From an uncultured virus (IMG/VR IMGVR_UViG_3300035184_001342) (Duplodnaviria > Heunggongvirae > Uroviricota > Caudoviricetes): a stretch of 64,000 nucleotides of DNA. The notes beneath the pieces were generated by a model, which was not told the origin of the DNA, ran no database searches, and saw nothing but the letters and a program-made list of their open reading frames with translations. This document shows, one piece after another, positions 9,105 to 18,777 of the stretch. Location of the stretch: the IMG/VR virus record IMGVR_UViG_3300035184_001342. One strand, given 5' to 3'. Each line of letters starts with the position of its first letter. Position 1 is the first letter of the stretch. Made by a program: the position numbers and the translations under genes.

Positions 9105-9649
9105 CTGCCGTGTTTTCCCATTTCTTCGTAGAATCTATCTACGTTTAATTTCCATACTGTTTGTGTTGTACCTCTATACTCTAGCTCACACGTTTTCTCT
9201 GCTTGGCCCGTTTTTACTAGTGCTGGAAAAAATATCCTATGTACTAGTCTTTGGCTTCCACCTTCATTTTCGTTTGAGGTTATATAAAGATTATTATGTT
9301 TTCCTGCCCATTCAATACACGCAGGAATTAAAAATTGCGCTGTTGCATTTTGGTGAGTAGTAATACCTTTTACTGTTCGCAATGTATTTAGTGGTAATTC
9401 ATCAGTAAAGACACAAGTACGTGCGGCAATACGATATGCACCTTCGCCCATTTCAGGAAAAGAATGTGCAGCGACACTTCCTACTGGATTATCGTTATAA
9501 TATAAAATCCAAGTCTCGCTTTCTTGTTCATTACGAAAACAATCTTTTAACCAAAAGCGGCTGGTGTTATTTTCATAACCTTTTTGTTCTGCTTTTTTGT
9601 AAAACTGTTCTAAATCTAAATTATCTGTAAATGGTACTATTTTATACAT
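9095..9649 (-). CDS. possible GNAT-fold acyltransferase
   Basis: 184 aa. The pattern WILYYNDNPVGSVAA..YRIAARTCV..FLIPACIEWA..LYITSN fits GNAT topology, but weakly. Confidence 0.45.
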   Translation of the reverse strand: MYKIVPFTDNLDLEQFYKKAEQKGYENNTSRFWLKDCFRNEQESETWILYYNDNPVGSVAAHSFPEMGEGAYRIAARTCVFTDELPLNTLRTVKGITTHQNATAQFLIPACIEWAGKHNNLYITSNENEGGSQRLVHRIFFPALVKTGQAEKTCELEYRGTTQTVWKLNVDRFYEEMGKHGRWT

Positions 9650-10316
9650 TTAATGCATTCTCAATAAATTCTTGTGGATAGTTAGCTCTAAAACTATTCC
9701 AACATAGTTTGTCCATAGTCTCCCAAGTCTGGGGCGTGTTCCATTGAATGTTTAAAGTTTCTAAATGCTGTTTCATTTTTTCTCGTCTGTTAACAGATAA
9801 ATGACTTTCAACTTCCTGTATACTAACATTAGGTTCACTGTTGTAATATGTAAAAAAGTAATTCATACTTTTTAATTTACCGTCTACTATAAAGTAACTT
9901 GAAGGATGCATACTATACTTGTGTAAACCTAACTCTTTATGAGCGTGAAGTATTTCAAGCATTTGTTCTTGCCAGTCTGGCAACACTTTATCGTAGTTTT
10001 CAATTTTACAATCAGCTTTATTCCAAAAATCAATGCCATCAATTTCTAAATAAATTTTCTTCCATTCATAATCTAAACGGTACGAAGGTACGTGTTGTGG
10101 ATATTCGTCACGCATTATTTTAAGAAATTTTATTTCACGTTCAAATTTTTCATCCATTAATTCAGGATCTACTACTTCGTTTTTGCCACCGTGGTATATT
10201 CCATCATTGTGGTACCATTGACAAAACACTTGTTTATCTTTAGAAATTAAACTAGTGTACACTAAATTGTTACGTGTATTGTCGTTGTTATAGTAGTATT
10301 CATAATTTGTGTGCAT
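9642..10316 (-). CDS. degenerate protein-kinase/APH-like fold protein
   Basis: FEREIKFLK (alphaC-like) and LHKYSMHPSSYFIVDGKLKSMNYF sit where the catalytic loop and DFG would be. Paralog of 11139-11798. Confidence 0.5.
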   Translation of the reverse strand: MHTNYEYYYNNDNTRNNLVYTSLISKDKQVFCQWYHNDGIYHGGKNEVVDPELMDEKFEREIKFLKIMRDEYPQHVPSYRLDYEWKKIYLEIDGIDFWNKADCKIENYDKVLPDWQEQMLEILHAHKELGLHKYSMHPSSYFIVDGKLKSMNYFFTYYNSEPNVSIQEVESHLSVNRREKMKQHLETLNIQWNTPQTWETMDKLCWNSFRANYPQEFIENALNV

Positions 10317-10321
10317 AAAGT

Positions 10322-10337
10322 TACTTATCGGTAAGTA
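10322..10337. promoter_or_regulatory. back-to-back divergent TAAGTA promoters, both leaderless
   Basis: Near-palindrome TACTTA-tcgg-TAAGTA. Each TAAGTA is exactly 5 nt from an ATG (10316 minus, 10343 plus). Confidence 0.65.
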
Positions 10338-10342
10338 TTAGT

Positions 10343-11152
10343 ATGATTAAAGGAATTGGCGGGAAGCCCTATATTAACTTAGATCCTTACTTAGATATTG
10401 AAGGATTTAAAAACTTACACCCTGAAATGTGCAAAGGATTTGCACAGGCACGAGAGTATGCAAAAGAAGGAACTTGGATGTCACCGGGTTTTAAGTTTGA
10501 AGATATGAGTTACATTTTAAACTGGAAACCTATCTATCAAGCATTTGCAGAGTATCAAGCATTGCCAGATGACCATCCTATTAAAGTACAAGGAAGTGAA
10601 ATCTTCCCTACAGACTTTAAAGACTACAAACAAAGAAATTTGTTTACACGCTATTTAAAAAGTGTACTTGGTGCAAATGATCCTTACAACTATTATTTCC
10701 TTTGGGAAGAAGGAAGTTGGGAAGAACGTAATGCTGAACGCAAGCCTACAGAAGAACAACAATATTTTCCAGGCGTTGTACGTTGGGTGGAAAAACTTGT
10801 AGAAGATAATATTATTGACCGCATTGGGCGTGTTATCTTCTTCCACTGTGACCATAATGGACACGCTTTTGAACACAGAGATTTAGATGGAAAGAATGGC
10901 GATGATCAAGGATATAGTAATCACCATAATGAATTTATACATATACGCTATCGCACAAAACGAGGCTTCTATGTATGGGATCCTGAGTCCCAGAATAAAC
11001 ATTACATAAACTCTAACGCTGCTTTTTGGAATGATGAAGACTGGCACGGTGGTGAAGGGTCTGCTGAAGTCGAGTACGGCTTAAGAGTAGATTGTACTTT
11101 TACTCCTGAGTTTAGAAAAAAATTAGGTATAGACGGTCTTGAACACTACTAA
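10343..11152 (+). CDS. putative 2OG-Fe(II)/cupin-type oxygenase
   Basis: HxD (EHRDL), distal His (DWHGG) and a downstream Arg (GLRVD). Confidence 0.6.
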   Translation: MIKGIGGKPYINLDPYLDIEGFKNLHPEMCKGFAQAREYAKEGTWMSPGFKFEDMSYILNWKPIYQAFAEYQALPDDHPIKVQGSEIFPTDFKDYKQRNLFTRYLKSVLGANDPYNYYFLWEEGSWEERNAERKPTEEQQYFPGVVRWVEKLVEDNIIDRIGRVIFFHCDHNGHAFEHRDLDGKNGDDQGYSNHHNEFIHIRYRTKRGFYVWDPESQNKHYINSNAAFWNDEDWHGGEGSAEVEYGLRVDCTFTPEFRKKLGIDGLEHY

Positions 11153-11798
11153 TTGGACACACTACTACAGTGTAGATAATCACGGAACACCTTGGCCCAC
11201 TGGTGCAATTTATGAACCGCTAGTTAGCCCAGACGGTAATACTTTATGTTTAAGATTTGATGCTACAAATAAATTTAGAAACGACCCTGTATCGGAAGAA
11301 CTAGCTACTGAATGTTTTCGCCGTGAAGTATTTTTTCTTAAAAAGTTTCAAGCGTTTGATTGGTGTGCAAAATTACTTTATATAGATAACGACAGGCAAG
11401 AAGTATTCATTGAATGGAATACAGAGTGTTGTGAAAAAATTATAGAGTCAGGACGTAGTTTATATGACTATGCTCCTAATTGGAAGGCACAGTTAAAACA
11501 AATAACAACAGATATACGTAATGAAGAAGTTTATAAAATAACTATGTATCCGTGTTATCATTTTGTTAAAGAACAACAAGTAAAAGTATTTGGTTTTTAT
11601 ACAACTTGTGACTATCAAGAGCAACCTATAGACATTACAATTTTTCGTCCTATCCTTAACGAAGAACGTGCAAATTTTATTGACAGCGTTTGGCCAGATG
11701 GCAAAGTTGATTTTGCTTTATTAAACAAACATAGTTTTTTAGAATATGTTAAATGGCCTGAAGATCCGTTACCACAAATTTATAAAGAAGTATACTAA
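11139..11798 (+). CDS. degenerate kinase-like protein (paralog of 9642-10316)
   Basis: LVSPDG..FRREVFFLKK..PNWKAQL..YKITMYPCYHFV aligns by eye with the 9642 ORF. TTG start. Confidence 0.5.
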   Translation: MNTTNWTHYYSVDNHGTPWPTGAIYEPLVSPDGNTLCLRFDATNKFRNDPVSEELATECFRREVFFLKKFQAFDWCAKLLYIDNDRQEVFIEWNTECCEKIIESGRSLYDYAPNWKAQLKQITTDIRNEEVYKITMYPCYHFVKEQQVKVFGFYTTCDYQEQPIDITIFRPILNEERANFIDSVWPDGKVDFALLNKHSFLEYVKWPEDPLPQIYKEVY

Positions 11799-13432
11799 CC
11801 GTAATACTTATTGTGCCATTCATTTGATGTTAGGCCTTGGAATCGGTGTTCCTTTAAAAACTCGTAATAATTAGGAAATTGCTTTGAAACAATTTTCATA
11901 TGCGATCTTACATATTCAAAATGCAATTTAGCTAACTGTCGTTCGTCGTCTGTGATTGTTTTGTTCGGCCATTGAGATAAGTCAATACCCCAAGCATCAG
12001 CAAGTTCAATCCACATATAGTCCGGAAAGAAACTTAGTCCTTGTGATGCACCACTAATTGTATTTTTATAATCGTTATACTTGTCAAGAAGCAATTCCTT
12101 GTGATTATATTTTCTACCCCAAGATTGCATCTCGTTCCAAAACTCTGTATCAGTTCTTTGAGTTAGTGTATAATGAACACTAATAAAATCTGCAATATCA
12201 CTAAAAGTATACCCTACTAAACTGTTATATGTATCCCAGTCAATTGTCTTGTTGTCTTCACTAGCACTAAGGAGATTTGTAAATGTCCAAACAGTGTTTA
12301 GAATAACACCTAGCATATTTGCTTCCATTGGTTCTACAAATCCTACAGTCATACCAATTGCACATACGTTTCCAAACCCAGGATTTTCCATTGACTTTTT
12401 ATCCCAAGCAATTATCTTAGGTTCAAACTTTGCTTTACCGGTTATCATTTTTTTAGTAAATTCATCATAGACTTCATCGTCTGAAACAAAATCATTTGAA
12501 AATACATAACCTGTTCCTCTTCGATTGTAAACACCGATATCAAAGCACCAGCCGTTATCTACTGCAATACTCTTAGTAGCATTTACCATTTCAGTTTTTG
12601 GGTCGTTGTATTCAACTTGACACACCATAGACTTATCAGCAGGACAGTGTGGATATTCTTTCCACTTAATCTTATCGCTAAACTCTTTCATTAACACTCT
12701 GTGAAATCCTGTGCAATCTAAAAAGAAATCTGCATAAACTTCTTCCCCTGTGTCTAGAACTACTTTTTCAATACTTTGTTCATCTGACTTTACTACTTGA
12801 CTAACGTGTCCAAGTATATGATTAACTCCGTTAGGTAGAGCTGAGTTATCTCTTACATAATCACCAAATTTTTCTGCATTGATATGATATGCATAAATTA
12901 AATCGTTTGGTGGAAGATAAGGAGTTTCTCCAAGGTATGGTGCCCGAGGATCAGACCTGTCACAAAAATTTTGAAACCCTGTAAATGTTTCGCCAAATGG
13001 CTTATCAATTATGCCTTTTTGTTTTAGATCTAACCAGTAATCAGTTAGACGTGTATCATTTGCTGTCACCTCTAAACTGCTATCCCAAACAGCACCACTA
13101 TAGGGTGACGAATGTAAATGTTGTTTATTCTTATTAAACGAAAATGTAAATAATTCATTTTCTCCTTTACCGTGTACCCAATTTATAAAATCGTTTCCGT
13201 ACTTATAAACTGCTCCTGTTGCATTCATTACGTCAGTTTCATCAAGTTCAAGAACTCTTAAAAATTCTGTAACGTGTACTGTAACTGATTCACCTACTCC
13301 TATCTTAGGAACTTGTGGACTTTCGACCACAGTTATGTTATGATTTGAGTGTATTTTTTTAAGCCAGGCTGCTGCCATCCAACCACTAGTAGCTCCGCCA
13401 ATTATAGCAATGTTCAGTTTTTTGTTGTTCAT
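11795..13432 (-). CDS. tryptophan halogenase-family flavoprotein
   Basis: IIGGATSGW FAD-binding motif, IGVGES, YKYG (catalytic Lys position), YAYHINA, FLDCTGF, GWCFDIG and FVEPME. Confidence 0.88.
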   Translation of the reverse strand: MNNKKLNIAIIGGATSGWMAAAWLKKIHSNHNITVVESPQVPKIGVGESVTVHVTEFLRVLELDETDVMNATGAVYKYGNDFINWVHGKGENELFTFSFNKNKQHLHSSPYSGAVWDSSLEVTANDTRLTDYWLDLKQKGIIDKPFGETFTGFQNFCDRSDPRAPYLGETPYLPPNDLIYAYHINAEKFGDYVRDNSALPNGVNHILGHVSQVVKSDEQSIEKVVLDTGEEVYADFFLDCTGFHRVLMKEFSDKIKWKEYPHCPADKSMVCQVEYNDPKTEMVNATKSIAVDNGWCFDIGVYNRRGTGYVFSNDFVSDDEVYDEFTKKMITGKAKFEPKIIAWDKKSMENPGFGNVCAIGMTVGFVEPMEANMLGVILNTVWTFTNLLSASEDNKTIDWDTYNSLVGYTFSDIADFISVHYTLTQRTDTEFWNEMQSWGRKYNHKELLLDKYNDYKNTISGASQGLSFFPDYMWIELADAWGIDLSQWPNKTITDDERQLAKLHFEYVRSHMKIVSKQFPNYYEFLKEHRFQGLTSNEWHNKYYG

Positions 13433-13445
13433 AGTAAGTTTTCCA

Positions 13446-13465
13446 TAAGTACTTTAGTATACTTA
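13446..13465. promoter_or_regulatory. divergent TAAGTA promoter pair
   Basis: TAAGTA on + at 13446-13451 and on - at 13460-13465, both preceded by CA, in the gap between divergent genes. Confidence 0.55.
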
Positions 13466-13493
13466 TGATAGAAAATAGAAGTGGATTAAAATA

Positions 13494-14099
13494 ATGGCTT
13501 ATTTGCAATACCCGGACTTTCCTAAAATGCCGGAAGATATTCAACAAGAAATTCTAAGAATTGTTACTGAAACAGAAACTGAATATCTAGATGACTTGCT
13601 TATCAACTCAACACCTGAAGTTATTGAATGGGTTAAAGAAGCATACGGATTTGAAGCACAGGAATCAGAGCTAGGGTTCACCGGAGAAGAAGCTCGCAAA
13701 ATGTTTCCTGGACTTGTAAACTATCATTTTTTAGATGTAACAGATAAAGTTACAGAATGGGTTAATACATTTGTAGAAGACCCGGGCAGTATTAATGTTC
13801 AAGTAATGGAAAAAGGAACTATCGTTGCACCACATATTGACGAGATTCGTACGTCAGCATATAATTACTTGTTAGATACAGGTGGTGATGCAAGTTTGCA
13901 TTTTTACAAATTAAATAATGCTGAAGATGAAAAGTGGGTACATCCTCAAACATTTATTCCATATGATAAAATTACTTCAATTGAAGAAACAAAAATACCT
14001 ACAAACGTATGGCACACATTGCCTACAAATAAAATTCATAGTGTTGAAAATATCGACATTAATAAACAAAGAATATCCTTAACAGTGAGCATAATATGA
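13494..14099 (+). CDS. putative 2OG-Fe(II)/cupin-type oxygenase
   Basis: PHIDE, IHSVEN and RISLT motifs. Confidence 0.65.
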   Translation: MAYLQYPDFPKMPEDIQQEILRIVTETETEYLDDLLINSTPEVIEWVKEAYGFEAQESELGFTGEEARKMFPGLVNYHFLDVTDKVTEWVNTFVEDPGSINVQVMEKGTIVAPHIDEIRTSAYNYLLDTGGDASLHFYKLNNAEDEKWVHPQTFIPYDKITSIEETKIPTNVWHTLPTNKIHSVENIDINKQRISLTVSII

Positions 14100-15331
14100 G
14101 CAAGGCAATATTTCCATATGCATTAAACAATGATTTGTCTAATGTAAGAAACATTAACGAGTACGAACAATTTGGGTTTAACGAACACGGAAAATCATAT
14201 TTAGATTTAAGTATGGGAAACTGTGGGTGTTTTACTTTAGGATTTGATCGCAAAGATCTAGTTACAAAAGTAAGTGAGAAACTTAATGAATTACCATTTT
14301 GTAGTGGAGAGTTTTTAACTACTAACGAAAGCGTACAACTACTAGCTGAAAAACTTTACAATTTAAGTGGCGGCTATCGCAGCGTGTTTAGTTTGTCAGG
14401 AAGTGATGCAGTTGAAGGTGCTATTAGAATAGCACAGTTATACCACCTAGCTAAAGAACAACAAAGAAAAACTATTGTTGGTTTTGACAACAGCTATCAC
14501 GGCAGTACATTTTTAAGTTCAAGTGCAGGCGATACAAAAGATATGCATATGATGTATGGTAGGCACGAACCTTGTATTACACTATCAAGAACACTAGAAG
14601 ACTTAGACAGAGACTGGAGTGATACGCTTTGTGTAGTAATTGAAACAAGTAGTTGGCAAGATGGACTGAAACCTATTAGTGCAGAATTTTGGAGTAAACT
14701 AAGACAAGTATGTACTGACAATGATGTTATTTTAATTGTAGACGATATTGCAATGTGTGGCGGCAAGACAGGAAATATGTTTGGTTGGAAAACACATACT
14801 GGAGAAACTATTATTGAGCCTGATATCTTTACTATGGGTAAAGGATTTACTGCTGGATATTTTCCGCTTAGTGCAACGCTTATGTCTGAGAAAGTATTTG
14901 AATATGTACAACACGTTCCGTTTGTACACGGGTTTACATACAGTTTTAGTCTTAGTGGTATCTACAGTGTACTTGAATATATGGATGTTTTAGAAAAAGA
15001 AAATATTTTAAGTAATTATGAAAACATACTATCAAGTGCTAAAGGTGTTTTTGAACATTTAAAATCACAAGATGTTATAAGATCATACACACATCACGGA
15101 CTAGTGTTTAACTTAAATTTAGTTAATCAGAATTATTATGATAACCAAGCAACAATAGAAAGTCATTTTAAGAAATTTGGGTTAAGTAGTGGTATGTGGA
15201 ATGAAGGCGGTGACGGTTTGTTAATTATTGTTCCGTTAAATGCAACAGAAGAATACATTGCTCAACTTCATATTAGGTTAAGCAATGCACTTGAATCATA
15301 CAATGGATCGCTTGACGCCATCCCTGACTAA
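14096..15331 (+). CDS. class III PLP-dependent aminotransferase
   Basis: SGSDAVE, SYHGST, LIVDDI..GGKTG and DIFTMGKGFTAGYFPL (PLP Lys). Confidence 0.9.
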   Translation: MSKAIFPYALNNDLSNVRNINEYEQFGFNEHGKSYLDLSMGNCGCFTLGFDRKDLVTKVSEKLNELPFCSGEFLTTNESVQLLAEKLYNLSGGYRSVFSLSGSDAVEGAIRIAQLYHLAKEQQRKTIVGFDNSYHGSTFLSSSAGDTKDMHMMYGRHEPCITLSRTLEDLDRDWSDTLCVVIETSSWQDGLKPISAEFWSKLRQVCTDNDVILIVDDIAMCGGKTGNMFGWKTHTGETIIEPDIFTMGKGFTAGYFPLSATLMSEKVFEYVQHVPFVHGFTYSFSLSGIYSVLEYMDVLEKENILSNYENILSSAKGVFEHLKSQDVIRSYTHHGLVFNLNLVNQNYYDNQATIESHFKKFGLSSGMWNEGGDGLLIIVPLNATEEYIAQLHIRLSNALESYNGSLDAIPD

Positions 15332-16369
15332 GTCTAAAGTTAAACAGTGTACGCCACCTTCCCAAAAGAAGCTGTGGCGTTGCGGAACTACGTGACAATT
15401 AATTCCTCTACTTTCCATTAGCTTAAAAATTCTAGGTTGTTCGTTTGTAAACAAAATATTATTACTGTCAAGTACTAATACATTTGTATCAAAGAAACAT
15501 TCTTGAGAATATCCCTTCCATCCATTTAGCCATTTGTCTAACCATTCAACACTATACTTTCCGCCAGTACTAGTGTAGTCCATAAAGAATTTTTCATCAT
15601 CAAACGGATCAAAGTAATCGTGTAGTTCAATAATTTCTTTGTTTCGTAATACAACTGGTACCCAACTTTTATCTACACAAAATACTGTTTCGTCATCTGT
15701 CATAAACCATCCGTGGTCAATATGTCCGTAACTGCCTTGATGTGTGTCTACATTTTGAATAATTTTAGTATCAGGTAAATTACGTGCCATCCATTCTAAT
15801 CCATTATTATTTCCTGGACCATTTGTATTTGTAATCAATGCATCGCCTAATTTAAACATAGTAGCAGTATGCCAAAGAAGTTTGTCTTTAAGTCTATCGT
15901 GATAAATCTCATCTCCTTTAATCCACCACTTTTCAGTTTCGGCTAGGTCTTGTAATACAGGCGGAGGCATACTAATCCAATTATGTCCTTTGTCAAACAT
16001 TTGTTTAAAAATATCATAATATGTTGCACTATCTAAATACCTGTCAACCATACTTGTATATGTTTGTAAAATTACATTGTTATACGACAAGTACTGATCT
16101 CTAGGAACAATAGGACTTGCTGGATTAGGAATTGTAAAGTTTCCTAAATCTACAGGGCCATTAATTTTATTTGGTTTTGGTCTATGTACAACAATACCTA
16201 ACTTAGTTAAGTATTCACTAAGACTATGTAAGTCTTCTTTTGTTTCTTCAAGAATTAAATTAAATTTAGGTTTTACCTTTTCATCAAGAAACCAATCAAA
16301 GTCTCCTGGGTCATTGCAGTCGCCTACAATAACTTCTTTTAACGGGTCGTATTCTGTCCAACAAGTCAC
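15296..16369 (-). CDS. amidinotransferase (glycine/inosamine-phosphate amidinotransferase family)
   Basis: WTEYDPLKEVIVG, PRD, GHIDH and GGVHCLTLDLVR give the catalytic His/Cys pattern. GTG start at 16369 forms a GTGA overlap, with GAGGAG upstream. Confidence 0.88.
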   Translation of the reverse strand: MTCWTEYDPLKEVIVGDCNDPGDFDWFLDEKVKPKFNLILEETKEDLHSLSEYLTKLGIVVHRPKPNKINGPVDLGNFTIPNPASPIVPRDQYLSYNNVILQTYTSMVDRYLDSATYYDIFKQMFDKGHNWISMPPPVLQDLAETEKWWIKGDEIYHDRLKDKLLWHTATMFKLGDALITNTNGPGNNNGLEWMARNLPDTKIIQNVDTHQGSYGHIDHGWFMTDDETVFCVDKSWVPVVLRNKEIIELHDYFDPFDDEKFFMDYTSTGGKYSVEWLDKWLNGWKGYSQECFFDTNVLVLDSNNILFTNEQPRIFKLMESRGINCHVVPQRHSFFWEGGVHCLTLDLVRDGVKRSIV

Positions 16370-16782
16370 GTTCCTAATATCTCCTCTAGGTATTCTTTGT
16401 CCCAATAATCATAATATTTTGTGTTTACTAAATTTTTCCTTGCAGCTTCAAGTTTTTTTCTAGGCTGGCACAATATAACATTTGCGTGACCATTACTAGT
16501 TTGCACACCATTTATGTCAGTATATCTATCTTTGGGATCAGGTAAAAATACTAAATTTGGAAACATCTTGTTATGCTGGTCTGCAATGCTACATACTTCG
16601 TCTTGTGTAAATGTATCTGGTAACCTATAAATTATTACTTCAAAGTCACTTGTTGGAGGAATAATATTTCCATCAGACTGTATAAGTTGATACGGGGCTC
16701 CAGCTGCAAATGGACAAACCGGAAACCCACCTAACTCTTCATTAGGTTTTGAAATCCTATCTATCCAATCTTTAATATGCAT
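16366..16782 (-). CDS. hypothetical protein (CPFA motif, DUF1415-like)
   Basis: 138 aa with LGGFPVCPFA near the N-terminus. Confidence 0.65.
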   Translation of the reverse strand: MHIKDWIDRISKPNEELGGFPVCPFAAGAPYQLIQSDGNIIPPTSDFEVIIYRLPDTFTQDEVCSIADQHNKMFPNLVFLPDPKDRYTDINGVQTSNGHANVILCQPRKKLEAARKNLVNTKYYDYWDKEYLEEILGT

Positions 16783-17362
16783 TGAGTACTGTCATACTTG
16801 CTATAAAGTTTCTTCCATTCCAACTTTGTATAATAAAGTCTATAGTCTTTACTAGGTCATCTACAGTAATAATACTATTAGTCTCCATTACACGATTATA
16901 TAGTTCTACACCATTTTGTTCTTCAGTATCATAAGGATTGTAAAAACTAGTTTCAACTACTCCTGGCATAATGACACTAGACTTGCATAATGCTTCACTA
17001 TGGTTTACATTCCAACTTGCTTTGTTAATGGCATACTTTTCGTCACCATAAGGTTTAAGATGTGGAAACATATTTTCAATTTCTAATAATGGCTCTGCTG
17101 CAATGCTACTGGTACTAATAATTAAATGTTTATCATTACTATGTACTTTTGCCCACTCGCTTACTATTTCACTTTGTGTATAATGGCTATAAGCATTGTT
17201 GATAAAAATATCACAGTCCTTAGTTTCTTCTAGGATCCTATTATAGTCATTTATATTATATCCGTTTTCTAAACTAAATCCAATAACTTCGTGTTCTCCG
17301 GAATAATATTCTAATATACCTTTTCCGATTCCGCTAGTGTGTCCTGTAATTGCTATTTTCAT
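16772..17362 (-). CDS. short-chain dehydrogenase/reductase
   Basis: ITGHTSGIG, INNA, SS and YxxxK (YGDEK). Start at 17362 by ATGA overlap. Confidence 0.85.
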   Translation of the reverse strand: MKIAITGHTSGIGKGILEYYSGEHEVIGFSLENGYNINDYNRILEETKDCDIFINNAYSHYTQSEIVSEWAKVHSNDKHLIISTSSIAAEPLLEIENMFPHLKPYGDEKYAINKASWNVNHSEALCKSSVIMPGVVETSFYNPYDTEEQNGVELYNRVMETNSIITVDDLVKTIDFIIQSWNGRNFIASMTVLNAY

Positions 17363-18777
17363 TCCCAGTCTCCGTGGTGCCAAGTAGGGATAGTTACTTG
17401 GTTTAAATTAATTGTTGGCATTTGTAATGCGTTATTTTTATAATATGATTTATCTAACTTTACAAAACCTTCTGCAGAACGTCCCTCAAATATAATTGTT
17501 GCTTGAGGAACAAACTCTTTAATTTTGTTAATTAAATTATTTTCATTTTTTATTCTAAGATGTAACGGTATAAAAGGTGCTACTGGATCATAATTAAAAA
17601 TATGACTTAGATGTACTACAGTATTTGCTCTATCTTTTAACCAATGCTCTACTGGCAAAGATCTATTCAATACTAAATCTGCGTGTGTAAAATGAAACGT
17701 AACATTAGATTTTATATCATCCCAAATCGTATCCCAGTCAGGATGCTTTTCTAAAAACTGTTGCCATTGTGCTGTTAATGTTTTTACTGGCATTGCAAGT
17801 CTATGTTCTAATGGTACATTCATAAACTTAGTACGTCTTGTGATTTCATTAGCAATTGCGTTGGGGTAGTCAAAACCGTCCCAATGTGTAACAAATTGCA
17901 TACATTCTAGTGCAAATGTGTTGTGATCAACAAAATTAACAAGTGTATTTTCGTTGTAGCCATTATCAATTAAGTATTCTATCCAGTTTAATCCACTAGC
18001 TTGTGTAACTAATTGGTCAATACTACCGGTATCAATTGTGTCTATGCTTGTAATACTCTCTGTATTAAACGGATAAAATAGTGCCTGACTGCTTACAGAT
18101 TGTTTACCATACAAGTATTCTTGTGCTAATTCAAATGATGGTTGATAGTCTGGATAGTAAAACTGTTTGTTGTTTCTAATAGATTCATCAAATACTAGTA
18201 CTGGTAAATTGTTTTCAAAAGCAACAGATAATATATTCCATCCGTGCCACTTATGCTGATAATGCTTTTCTACTGTACCTGGTTTGATCCAAATAGGTGT
18301 ATAATCATCGTGAATATGTTCATCACTGCAAATTGGTTCTACTTGTGTGTGAGAATCATAAACGGAAAATTTGCCTACTTCTGGCATTCCTAAACTTCTA
18401 TAAGTTTCTAAATTAATGATGTAACACTGATTATGTAACTCAAAATATCCTGTATCTCTATTAGGAATATGTCCCTGTAGGAAATAATCCTGTGTTACAG
18501 CTTCTTCTACAGCTTCAAAAAACGCTGACCCATTAGTGTACTCAGTTCCTGTAGAAAGCACTACAGCGTGTTTGTATGCGCTCGTAGATGCCAGTAAAGT
18601 GTCTTCATTGACACCTTGTAGCACTGTATAGCCCTTTTGAACAATGTTTGATAATACAAAATCTGATAGATTCTTTACTAGCTCAGTTGTCCAATCGTTT
18701 TTTATTTGCGAAGTATTATCTACTATACAAAATACAATTTCCGTATTTGTAGATTTATACTCTATAATGTTTTTCAT
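17359..18777 (-). CDS. hypothetical protein (~470 aa)
   Basis: Long ORF coupled to both neighbours; no motif recognised with confidence. Confidence 0.8.
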   Translation of the reverse strand: MKNIIEYKSTNTEIVFCIVDNTSQIKNDWTTELVKNLSDFVLSNIVQKGYTVLQGVNEDTLLASTSAYKHAVVLSTGTEYTNGSAFFEAVEEAVTQDYFLQGHIPNRDTGYFELHNQCYIINLETYRSLGMPEVGKFSVYDSHTQVEPICSDEHIHDDYTPIWIKPGTVEKHYQHKWHGWNILSVAFENNLPVLVFDESIRNNKQFYYPDYQPSFELAQEYLYGKQSVSSQALFYPFNTESITSIDTIDTGSIDQLVTQASGLNWIEYLIDNGYNENTLVNFVDHNTFALECMQFVTHWDGFDYPNAIANEITRRTKFMNVPLEHRLAMPVKTLTAQWQQFLEKHPDWDTIWDDIKSNVTFHFTHADLVLNRSLPVEHWLKDRANTVVHLSHIFNYDPVAPFIPLHLRIKNENNLINKIKEFVPQATIIFEGRSAEGFVKLDKSYYKNNALQMPTINLNQVTIPTWHHGDWE

